Of a stretch of 64,000 bases of DNA, positions 37,900 through 50,039 are shown one piece after another. The position numbers and the translations under genes are program-made. This DNA comes from Magallana gigas (taxonomy: Eukaryota): positions 2,170,001 to 2,234,000 of the forward strand of contig NC_088853.1 of assembly GCF_963853765.1 (NCBI RefSeq). Reading direction: 5' to 3'. The notes under the pieces were generated by a model. It was not told the origin of the DNA and did no database searches. It saw nothing but the letters and a program-made list of their open reading frames with translations. Position 1 is the first letter of the stretch, and every line of letters begins with the position of its first letter.

Positions 37900-38775
37900 T
37901 GACTATTCGCTACAAAAGTATAAACTTGGTCTGCTGTTTGATATTTTGAAGCTGCTCAGCAAGTTTCACATCATTCGTCAAACGCATGCAGAAAAAAACA
38001 ACGAAAAACTGAAGTGGGACAGACAGACGGACGGACAGACAGACAGACGGACGGACGGACGGACGGACGGACGGACGGACGGACAGACAGACAGACGGAC
38101 TGACGGACGCCGACGGACTGAGCAATAGTCCCCTCCGGTGAAACCGGTAGGGGACTAATAAGAGAGAACATGTTTAGCAATAATTCTGATAGTATTACAT
38201 AAATAATACACGTCCCATACCGGTTTGTAGAAATCTGAGAAAATAATGCACTGCATTTTATGCAGAATATCATTTCTAACCGTCTTCTGTACCCCGAATC
38301 AACAGACCAACCCGAAACGAACCCGATTGTAATAATACAATAACCCTGTCGATTAAATTTACAATACAATGCATGACACTATTTTACAGAACTTATTTGT
38401 TACAAACAATAAAAAAAGGAATGGTCCAAGTAATGCACGATATTATTACTGACTACATACTTTCCTCATTTGTTCAACACACATCAAACCCGATAACGAA
38501 CCCAAACATTAAAAAATGGAATATAAACAATTAATTTTTATCGAAAATGTGTCAACCCGACGGTACAAAAGTGTAAACTTGATCTTTAGTTTGAGATTTT
38601 GAAGCTGTTCACCAAATTTCATATCATTCCTCAAACGCATCAAGAAAAAAAATGTGGAAAACTGAAGTGGGGCAGACAGACGGACGAACAGACGGGACGG
38701 ACGGAAAGACGGACTGAGGGACGCAGAGGACAGCTACAGTTCCCTCCGGTGAAAACCGGTATGGGAACAATAATT
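37900..38775 (+). mobile_element. Two tandem Helentron-like 3' portions with (GACG/GACA)n tracts and terminal hairpins
   Basis: Each ends with a microsatellite followed by AGTCCCCTCCGGTGAAACCGGTAGGGGACT (~38125-38156) or its variant (~38740-38770). Confidence 0.65.
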
Positions 38776-38903
38776 TTAAGTAAAATTGGGGGTCTTTCGT
38801 CACCAACATGTGTATGTCTAGAGGAGAGAGAGAAAGAAAAAAGAGAGAGAAATACAGACAGAAACATAGCCAGAGACGGAAAGAACGAAATAGCGAAACA
38901 GTG

Positions 38904-38906
<3 letters not shown>

Positions 38907-38961
<55 letters not shown>
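38907..38961. repeat. (GA)n microsatellite
   Basis: Uninterrupted GA run. Confidence 0.95.
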
Positions 38962-38964
<3 letters not shown>

Positions 38965-41900
38965 GAGTACTCCAAGTTTTAACTTTGCAGTTAATATGTT
39001 CAAGGGTAATCTACAACAAGTACACAACGACATGTTGATACTTAGCGCCAATCTTCAGAGTCCTATAACCCAGTATTCTTATCAATGTTCTCCTATAATT
39101 GTTTCCATAATTCCCCCAAAAATTGTGTAGCCATTTCCATAAAAGAATATTTTTCTATATGTGAAAAATTATTCCCGTGCACATGCGCAAATGTACCTCA
39201 AACGTTATTCGTTTACGAATGTGCATAGGTAAATCACCGTTATTTATTTGTAGGATTTTCTATAAAATTCTTTTTTTATGTATCTAGTCATGCTGGCAAA
39301 ATTTGGGTTTGGTTTTTAACATCGCAAAAATGGCGTTAAAAACGGTATATATGATTTTCTATCACATTCTTTTTTATATGCATAAAACAATTTGGGTTCC
39401 GTTTTCAACATCGCAAAAATGGCGTTAAAAACGGCAAACAAACCTTTAAGTGATTGAATGTAATGCATTAAATGCATATATCTACAGGTATAGAGGGCCC
39501 TGGTGGTTCTGGTCATAAACTCTGAACAATTCAAACCTGTCAAATTAGAATGGTAAAGTTACCGAAAATAAACTTTGGAGCCCCCCTCCCCTCCCCTCCC
39601 CTCCCCTCCCCTCCCCTCCTCGATAACAGCCTCTCTTCCGAATTAAAATCGAGTTCCGTGCATGCATTCGTAAACTGGGAAAACTGTCTAGGAATAACAA
39701 GACAAAAATTGTTAATCGCTTAGTTGAAAATCCATATCTTGATGTTAAATGAATTTTGACATGTTTTATTTTTAGATTGGTTGGGTCTATTATGTAAACG
39801 GCAGTTCAAACATTTTGTATGATAATTACCGGTATGTCATTCAATTTTAATCGTCAAATAATAAGATATAAAGTTAAACTATTGATGTTTATTCCGCAGT
39901 AGTCGAATTTCCAGTTTATATTGCACATGGCGGAAATTTTTTACATGTATTTATCTTGAGATCTACACGTGGAACTAAAATATATGTCAAAGTAGTGAAG
40001 TACTGTCGTGAGTTGATTTAATAGATTATCAAATATCTTAAAAATCAACAATATGAAATTTCGAATGGCAAATAGCTTATGAGATGTATTTTAATTATTA
40101 CGCATATTTTTTGCCTAATGAATATAAATTCTCGGGCTTCGACAAAAAAAACAGAACTATAGACGGAAAAGCCCATATGAATCATGTTCTGTACAAAGTT
40201 GCTTAGGAGAGGATCCACCTGCTTCTAAATACATTTCATTGAATTTATCGATTATATTCAAGTACTGAGTCTTGTCAGTGTGATAATTTGTGTTAATTAT
40301 GTCCAAACACTGTTTCACTTCCTTTTTGCCCGAGTAACTGCAGATGGGAGTTTGCTTTCTCTTAAACAAATATGTATATTTAATGCATCTATAGACTTTA
40401 GTTTTCTCTTAAACAAATATGTATATTTAATGCATCTATAGACTTTAGTTTATCATTTTAGAAATAGAATATCAAACTACAAGGGTCATTTAAAAGTCAA
40501 TTCCTCTAATGTATTGCGATTGTTATGAGCGCTTCATTAAAGGAAACGAGGTACCAACATTTGCCTAATCCCAATTTTACTTGAAAAGAAATTATCGAAT
40601 TCCATTGTAAAATAGGAATGATATAGGCCCTAATTATGAAAAAAGTTTACCCTTTCGCTGCCAACGTAAATATTTGAATTGCCAAATATTTAAGGTCACT
40701 GGTTACGAAAGGACTATGTGCGGTATGGTCAAATATCTGCCCCCGATTTCAACCAATTTTAAATAGTATCGTATTAAAACAAAATCTGTACAAATCATTG
40801 TATAGAGGATGCCTATAACTTTTATCTTGATTTTAGTCAGCATTGCTTATTTGCTGTTTATCTATGACGTCACCTAAATGACATAATTCCCGCAAATTTT
40901 CAAACAAATGAAAATAATCTCATTTTTGCTCTATAATTTGCATTTGGAGGTATAGAGCGCAGGTCTCCTCAAGTGCGATTTTAACATATGTTTTTCTTCA
41001 GATAGGTATACACATTATACTAAAAAATGGTACTTGAGCAAGCCTGCACTCATTGTTTCCCAGTCGAAAAACCATCGGAAACACCCATATTTTGCTACAA
41101 AACACCAATTTATCAAAATAATGCAATCTTTATGACGTCATTTCTACATTATGACGTCACTGTGGTGTTAAGTCGGCCCTCGGAGGGAATGTTTTCTCTA
41201 AAATATTCAACACTATCGAGTTCTTTATCTTACTTAAAATCCCCCCATTGAACCTCCAAGAAGCATTGACCCATTCATATATCCAACTGTGCTGTAATAC
41301 AAAAGCATCAAGCTCATTTGAGATTCCAATAGTACCATACACAATAGCCTAACCAAACACACCTTTTATTCATGGACGAGTGAATAGGTGCGCATCTTAT
41401 AGTAAACCATTCCGCTGTATTGAGCAGACTTAAATGTAGATGATGAACTTTTTAACGCAAAGTACATTTAATGTATATAGATCTAGAGGTCTACACTACC
41501 GGGAAAGACACGAATACCGTTTGAATGATATTTTAGACTTGCAAGGAGAAAGGACAAATCAGAAATTTGACGAAAATTAACAGACGATGATTTGTTAAAA
41601 ATTTTATAGGAGTCTTATGAAGTCAAAGTGCGACAATATTAAGGAAAAGGAGTGTTATGGTTCAAGGTTCAAAGAGGAAGTCTAGTACTGTTTATGGAAG
41701 TGATTTATATGTGATCCCAAATCTATCAAAATTAGGAAAAGGAGATATTTCTGCTGAAATTTCATTTGTGGCTTATCGGATTTACATTTACGGATGACAA
41801 GATTTTATAAATTTGGATATATGTTGGAAATACATGTTTTAACATTTTGTCATTTTTATTTGTTTTATGCTCTGTTGGATATTTGAATATCCAACTGACG

Positions 41901-42600
41901 GGCGGTTGGATATTAAAAATATCCAACTGCCCATCAGTTGGATATGTATATATCCAATCACTGTTGATTGAATAGTGAAAATAAACGTTGACAAAATACA
42001 ATAGGTGACGTAATTGAAAAACATGACAGTAAATTGATTATGGAGGCGCTTCAAGAAGTTTTAGATTTTGCATAAGAGGAAGAAAGAAAAGTTTAAATGT
42101 TTGATGTTAAAGATATAAAAAAGCGTTTGAACAAATAATGAGCTTTTCGTAACTAATCAGATAAAATGGATATCAATATTTGACAGCTTGTTTTGATGAG
42201 CAAACTATAGATCGTTACATCCCACCGAAAGTCAAAGCACTTGTAAAATGGCTCAAATAAATATTGTCATTGCCTGCTAATAGGTTTTCTTCATTTTTTA
42301 ATACTGAACAACTCGATAAAAAAAAGTTATACACATAAAAAATAATGAAAGGAATGACGCAAGCTACAACAGCAATGAGTTGAATTAAATTTAAAAAAAA
42401 AGAAACAATAAGGATAGCATGAATGTGGTGTTTAGTTTAGCTAACCATTTATACGTATATACATGTACAGTAAGTACAATGTACATGTATACTACCCAAC
42501 ACTAAAACACCTTCGCAATGCATGACAATAGATACATATAAAATGCATGATAAATCGTACGGAAGCTCGTTTGTGCCACGTAGGAAATTAAAAATATTTC

Positions 42601-42772
42601 ATCTGGCGGCCACCAGATAGTTATTTGGCGGCCGCATTTTATTATCAGACGGCCGCCACATAATTTTCTGGCGACCGCCACTTATATATCTGGCGGCCGC
42701 GACTTAATATCTGGCGGCCGCCGCATAATTTATCTGGCGGCCGCCACATAATTTATCTAGCGGCCGCCACCT
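42601..42772. repeat. GC-rich ~22-24-bp tandem array with GGCGGCCGC cores, probably the internal array of a DNA element
   Basis: About 8 copies of (T)CTGGCGGCCGCCAC(A)TAATT-like units. Confidence 0.8.
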
Positions 42773-45446
42773 TAATCATTTTGCAAAACGTGAGTGTTAG
42801 TGTAATTTTATTTGGTTGAGAAGATTGATGTTGACACAGCCGCTGCTAAATCATCATAACTAAACAACTGTATAAATTTGAAAAAGGAAGGTTTCTTATA
42901 GTAGTAAGGTTTTATTTTTTTTCTCGAATATTCGAAAAAGCAGGACATATCAGAACAAAATGAAATTTGTCCACTATCTCTTGAGAATTAAACAAAGTAC
43001 ATTTACGGTCATTTCTAGGTATGTTTTTATACCTTCCATTATTCTATATTTACGTAACAGAGACTTTTCTTTATGTGACAGCCGTTTCAAAAGATATTTC
43101 TGTAAACAAAAATGTGAAGCTATTGCTTGTACACTATACATTTTAAAGAATTTTCAAAAACACTATAACAATTCTGTATGAACGCTTCCGTAAGGCGCTG
43201 TTCAACTAGTAGAACAAACTGTTTAACATTAGTAACTTCTTGTTGTTCTCAAAAATTTCCAAGTCCCAGATAATAAAGTTCATTTCTAACAAGACTTACC
43301 CAGTTTTTACATTTTTGCTGTTGTTTTTCATATTTGTATAACAATTCCTTATAACAGTTCTGAAGTATACAATTATTTGTTGTCAGCAAGCTACACCAGT
43401 ATTTCAAAATACGAAGTTTTCTTTGTGCATACATAGGATATCTACCAAATTCAAAGTAAACCATAAAATTATTGGTAGATTTTCGAAGCGACATAATTCT
43501 TTTCAAAAAATCAATATGTATTTTTTCAACTCGGGGGCTTTATGAAAACCCCAAGTTTCACACCCATAGTTCAGAACAGAACTAAAATATGTATCAAATA
43601 AAGAGAGCGTGGTCTCAACATTTAGACTATTTTCTTTAACCCTTTTCAACAGTAAAAACAAACATGTTTTTGCTTGTATTGAGTTTGCCATTATACTTGA
43701 AATTAACACCAAGATAAGTAAATACGTCAACATTTTCGAGCTCTGTGTTATCATAAAAAAAAAAACATTTTTCAGAGCTTTTAATTTTTCCACCATTTCG
43801 AAAAACAACCATTTTTGTTTTGCTACCATTTACCTCTAGCTTCCAACTATCTGTATACGTTTTTTGTGTATCTAACATTTTTTGAAGCCCTTCTACACTT
43901 TCTGAAAATAACACAGTATTGTCAGCATACAAAAGTAAAAATAGATTCAAATCTTGAAGCTCAATGCTTTGACAACAGTTTGAAAGTAATTTATTTTCTA
44001 GATCATTAATAAATAATAAAAACAACATGGGTGAGAGTGCATCATTTTGTTATAAGACCTGACTGTAAAGGAAAATATTCGGAAAATTGACCATTAACTT
44101 TCACACAGCTTCTGATGTCATTATACATAGATCTAATAATATTGAACAATTTTCCATTAATACCAGCTTTAACCAATTCATGCCATAGTTTATTGTGTTG
44201 AATGCTGTCGAACGCCTTTTTAAAGTCAACAAAACAACAGTACAAACGTGTCTTGTCATTCAACGTTTTGCTTATTAATGAGTGTAAGACAAATATAGCA
44301 TTTCTTGTCCCTGATCCAGGTTTAAACCCAAACTGTGTGTCACTTACTACCTTATTTTCCTCACTCCACAACAACAGACGTTTATTCAAGATAGATGTGA
44401 ATAATTCTGAAATATGACTTAATAAAGTTATCCCCCGATAATTGTATGGGTTATTTACATCACCTTTTTTTATGAATAGGGACAATTATTCCTTGTGACC
44501 ATGTTGGGTAACAACCGGCATTCAAAATGGCATTGAACAGTTTTGTCAAAAGAGGTGAAAATACATTTAAAAACTTTTGAAAAATTCATTAAGTACATTA
44601 TCAAAACCTGCAGACTTATTTAATTTTGAATCAGCAATTGCTTTGTTTATTTCATCAATTGTAAATGAAGAGTCACGTTGTGGAAATATCGGGGGTTCGG
44701 TAAATTCGGGTACGGGGTCTTCATAATCAGTTTGGTTGATCGCAATATTTTTGAAGTGTTCATAAAAGTCTAATGTCGAGAGCGTTGTATTATTTCTCTT
44801 TTTGGCACCTTTAAATACACGGAAGAATGACTTTGGGTTGGATCGGCAGGGTAACTCCAGTTGATTTCCCTCATGTCTTTGGTATATACTTTTAAGACGA
44901 GTTTCGACGGTTTTGTATTTCTTTTTGGCAGCAGCGAGTTTATCATGGTTTTCCGGTGTTCTAGATGTGTTGAATGTTGACAAGGATTTTCTGTATTCCT
45001 GATATAGGGCCTTGCATAGATCATCGAACCATGATTTGTGTTCTGAGTTGGTGTTGGACTTGGAATTTTGTTTGGAACCGCGTACGCTGTTTTGGTTATA
45101 TGTTATTTCCTTTTCACAGAACTCACTGAAAGTGTCTAGTATTGCGCTGGAAAAATTTGTCGCTGAGATGTTGATACCTTCTGGAGATTCGTCTATATCT
45201 TCAACAGAAGCGATTGTATTTGGTGAACTATGGTCTAGTCGTTTTTTTATTTCGCCAAAAGCATCCGGGTTCCATAATACTTTTGTAGTTTTTTCCACAG
45301 GGGTTTGAAGTATATTATGCTGTTTATTATTGTTTTCTTTCGTTTTTACTGTGAGGTAAATGGGCGCATGGTCGGAATATAAATTAAAGTCACCAACACG
45401 AAAGTTACAAGTTTCACTTCGTAAAAAAACATTTTCAATTTGTACA

Positions 45447-46173
45447 TCTATACTACTATATTAAAATAATAGACTCGAATGTTTCGCCTTTTATACCGAT
45501 AAATCGGAAGAGTACTGTCTTTTGTTTTATATATTTTAAACATTATTGGTACTTTAATATTACCAATTTGTTTTAATTTTTTCTCAATCAAGTTTCGCTT
45601 ATTAAAAATCAACGAAAATTGCTTTAAAAATTCCGGAAATCATCTGGATTTTTTTTATTTTACAATATTGCGCATGCGCATTGCATTAACGCTAAATCAC
45701 GGGAGCCGTTTTAGTTTACGTTCCAACAATATCACATTTGCATGGATGAACTCAGAAACAATACTACAAATACGTGTAAATTGTTATTGGAAATCTGCTT
45801 TATATATTCTGGTAAAAAAAAAAACGTTGGTGAAAAAGAATTGAATTCTTCAATAATTTGAATAAGATATTTAGATGAAAGGTATTTACAGTCTCAAAAT
45901 GGTTTGTTATTTAAAAAAATCGTTTTGGATCGATTCTGCAATTTCCTACTACATTACGGTTATATGGGAGGCATTTTAACTGTGGTGACGGCCTGTTCTG
46001 AGACACAGTTAGATTATTTTAATTAAGCAGAGGGTAGTGAAATAAATAGCATTATTACAGGCTTAACGCTTGGTTCTGTTAAGGTCAACAATACGGTGTG
46101 TCGATGTATCTATTTTATAAATGTTCGATATCATATGCAATGTTAACCCGTGCACGCACGGGTCAAAGTCTAG
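45447..46173 (+). mobile_element. 727-bp non-autonomous Helitron inserted in the LINE endonuclease domain (copy 1)
   Basis: 5' TC, 3' CTAG, hairpin ACCCGTG-CACG-CACGGGT 6 nt before CTAG, inserted between A and T with no TSD. Removing it restores GTSLIDY|VQIENVFLRSETCNFRVGDFNLYSDHAP in frame. Confidence 0.92.
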
Positions 46174-49100
46174 TAATCTATAAGACTGGTGCCTCTCGAG
46201 TTACAGAAGGTCATTTTTCCTGTTTTATCATCACTAGACCGACCATTCAAGATTCTCAACTGCGTTGACTTACATAAAGAGATTAGGGCACGTCCATTGG
46301 AGTTGATAGTATTCTTATCTTCTGTTCTGCGTTTTGTAATTTCTTCATCCGGGATATAACTTAGGACACTTAGTATATGACTATGTAAAGTTTAATCAAT
46401 AATATCAGATTCAATGCAATCTGCTGCAATTCCACACCTGCTATTCAAGTCAACCATAATAGGTACATTTCCGCGAAAGATATATTTCGCAACACTGTCT
46501 TCTAGAATATCAAAAATCTCTATATTGTAAGCAGAGTGGAAGACGCTTCCCTCGGGTGGTATGTATGTGAAGGCAATATAGAGGTCCTTATCAGTGTCAA
46601 ATAATCGTTTGTCAAGCTTTAGCCAAATAATGCTATCGAATAGAACCTCGGATACAGTGATAAATGACTTTAGCCACGTTTTGCTAGCAAGTAAAAACCC
46701 ACCCTCTTTACATTTACTTCTCTGTATTGGCGGGAAAACGTCAAAATCACACAGTTCAAAATCATTATCGCTAGCCAGGTCTTACACAAGAATATCAAAT
46801 CATTGCTCTTTAAAAGAGTTTGAAAGTGTTCGTCCTGTAATTTTTTATCAAGAGATCTCTGGACGTTCCAGCTACATATCTTCAAAGGATGTTCAAATGA
46901 ACCCCTTCCGCTGTCCTAATTTGTATCATCGGGTACCTTGACCTCTTTTCCGTCTATAATATAGTGTCTATTTACTACTAAGCTTGCGCGTTGGTTGTTT
47001 TTCTTAGCTTCTAGGTAGATAGGGTAAAGCCTCTTTCTCGCTTCGATTACCTCTGTGGGGAATTGCTCACGAACAAAATAGTTGGTGCCTTTCAGGTTTT
47101 TTGAATGGGATCGGACTGTTTCTCTTTCTTTATGAAAACTGAACTTGGCCACAATTTTCCTATGTTTTTTCTTGTCAATAGGTCCAGCCCTGTGAACCCT
47201 TTCAAAACTGATATTTTTGGCAAACTGTCTATCTAGTCTCATGTCATGTTCGATGAATTCATATAGGATTTGCTCTGTTTCTTCTGATTTTTCATTTGGT
47301 TTCTCGGGAATATTGAAAAATATCAAATTGTCTCATAGTTCTGGTCTGTAAATCAAGCAAATCGTCTTTTGTTTTGGCTAGATCTGCTTTGATATTGCTT
47401 GTTGTGTTTTCAAAAACAGATGTGTTTGTTTTGCATTTGGCAACTTCCTATGTTAGATAATTAACTGTTTGCTCCATATGAGCGAATCTAGTTTCAAGAT
47501 TGCCAAGTTTATTAAGAATCTCATCTAAGCAGTTTAACTTTGAAAATGTGTTGTGGATATCCACTGAAATTAACACCAAGATAAGTAAATACGTCAACAT
47601 TTTCGAGCTCTGTGTTATCATAAAAAAAAAACATTTTTCAGAGCTTTTAATTTTTCCACCATTTCGAAAAACAACCATTTTTGTTTTGCTACCATTTACC
47701 TCTAGCTTCCAACTATCTGTATACGTTTTTTGTGTATCTAACATTTTTTGAAGCCCTTCTACACTTTCTGAAAATAACACAGTATTGTCAGCATACAAAA
47801 GTAAAAATAGATTCAAATCTTGAAGCTCAATGCTTTGACAACAGTTTGAAAGTAATTTATTTTCTAGATCATTAATAAATAATAAAAACAACATGGGTGA
47901 GAGTGCATCATTTTGTTATAAGACCTGACTGTAAAGGAAAATATTCGGAAAATTGACCATTAACTTTCACACAGCTTCTGATGTCATTATACATAGATCT
48001 AATAATATTGAACAATTTTCCATTAATACCAGCTTTAACCAATTCATGCCATAGTTTATTGTGTTGAATGCTGTCGAACGCCTTTTTAAAGTCAACAAAA
48101 CAACAGTACAAACGTGTCTTGTCATTCAACGTTTTGCTTATTAATGAGTGTAAGACAAATATAGCATTTCTTGTCCCTGATCCAGGTTTAAACCCAAACT
48201 GTGTGTCACTTACTACCTTATTTTCCTCACTCCACAACAACAGACGTTTATTCAAGATAGATGTGAATAATTCTGAAATATGACTTAATAAAGTTATCCC
48301 CCGATAATTGTATGGGTTATTTACATCACCTTTTTTTATGAATAGGGACAATTATTCCTTGTGACCATGTTGGGTAACAACCGGCATTCAAAATGGCATT
48401 GAACAGTTTTGTCAAAAGAGGTGAAAATACATTTAAAAACTTTTGAAAAATTCATTAAGTACATTATCAAAACCTGCAGACTTATTTAATTTTGAATCAG
48501 CAATTGCTTTGTTTATTTCATCAATTGTAAATGAAGAGTCACGTTGTGGAAATATCGGGGGTTCGGTAAATTCGGGTACGGGGTCTTCATAATCAGTTTG
48601 GTTGATCGCAATATTTTTGAAGTGTTCATAAAAGTCTAATGTCGAGAGCGTTGTATTATTTCTCTTTTTGGCACCTTTAAATACACGGAAGAATGACTTT
48701 GGGTTGGATCGGCAGGGTAACTCCAGTTGATTTCCCTCATGTCTTTGGTATATACTTTTAAGACGAGTTTCGACGGTTTTGTATTTCTTTTTGGCAGCAG
48801 CGAGTTTATCATGGTTTTCCGGTGTTCTAGATGTGTTGAATGTTGACAAGGATTTTCTGTATTCCTGATATAGGGCCTTGCATAGATCATCGAACCATGA
48901 TTTGTGTTCTGAGTTGGTGTTGGACTTGGAATTTTGTTTGGAACCGCGTACGCTGTTTTGGTTATATGTTATTTCCTTTTCACAGAACTCACTGAAAGTG
49001 TCTAGTATTGCGCTGGAAAAATTTGTCGCTGAGATGTTGATACCTTCTGGAGATTCGTCTATATCTTCAACAGAAGCGATTGTATTTGGTGAACTATGGT

Positions 49101-49312
49101 CTAGTCGTTTTTTTATTTCGCCAAAAGCATCCGGGTTCCATAATACTTTTGTAGTTTTTTCCACAGGGGTTTGAAGTATATTATGCTGTTTATTATTGTT
49201 TTCTTTCGTTTTTACTGTGAGGTAAATGGGCGCATGGTCGGAATATAAATTAAAGTCACCAACACGAAAGTTACAAGTTTCACTTCGTAAAAAAACATTT
49301 TCAATTTGTACA

Positions 49313-50039
49313 TCTATACTACTATATTAAAATAATAGACTCGAATGTTTCGCCTTTTATACCGATAAATCGGAAGAGTACTGTCTTTTGTTTTATATAT
49401 TTTAAACATTATTGGTACTTTAATATTACCAATTTGTTTTAATTTTTTCTCAATCAAGTTTCGCTTATTAAAAATCAACGAAAATTGCTTTAAAAATTCC
49501 GGAAATCATCTGGATTTTTTTTATTTTACAATATTGCGCATGCGCATTGCATTAACGCTAAATCACGGGAGCCGTTTTAGTTTACGTTCCAACAATATCA
49601 CATTTGCATGGATGAACTCAGAAACAATACTACAAATACGTGTAAATTGTTATTGGAAATCTGCTTTATATATTCTGGTAAAAAAAAAAACGTTGGTGAA
49701 AAAGAATTGAATTCTTCAATAATTTGAATAAGATATTTAGATGAAAGGTATTTACAGTCTCAAAATGGTTTGTTATTTAAAAAAATCGTTTTGGATCGAT
49801 TCTGCAATTTCCTACTACATTACGGTTATATGGGAGGCATTTTAACTGTGGTGACGGCCTGTTCTGAGACACAGTTAGATTATTTTAATTAAGCAGAGGG
49901 TAGTGAAATAAATAGCATTATTACAGGCTTAACGCTTGGTTCTGTTAAGGTCAACAATACGGTGTGTCGATGTATCTATTTTATAAATGTTCGATATCAT
50001 ATGCAATGTTAACCCGTGCACGCACGGGTCAAAGTCTAG
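49313..50039 (+). mobile_element. Helitron copy 2 (product of the triplication)
   Basis: Same termini, hairpin and insertion site at +3866. Confidence 0.92.

Larger units (their letters stand above)
27820..39440. repeat. Diverged tandem duplication, unit ~5.9 kb (A ~27820-33720, B ~33725-39440), with copy-specific insertions
   Basis: Collinear shared anchors, e.g. CTCGAGCGTGATTC (28615/34692), CTTCCGAGAAGTAGAGC (~29364/35478), GATGTGCCCGGAAGC (~30028/36282), CCTGAGAAGAAGTAAATAA (~31620/37329), TTATTCCCG..CACATGC (~33528/39170). Confidence 0.85.

Noticed and set aside
37910-39051. ORFs such as VRPSVRPSV.. and LSLSLS..
   Set aside because: Translations of GACG/GACA and GA microsatellites.
46594-46941. 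Plus-strand ORFs antisense to the LINE (e.g. 44202-44417, 45012-45308, 46594-46941 and their copies)
   Set aside because: They are shadows of the minus-strand ORF1/ORF2 and show no independent domain evidence.
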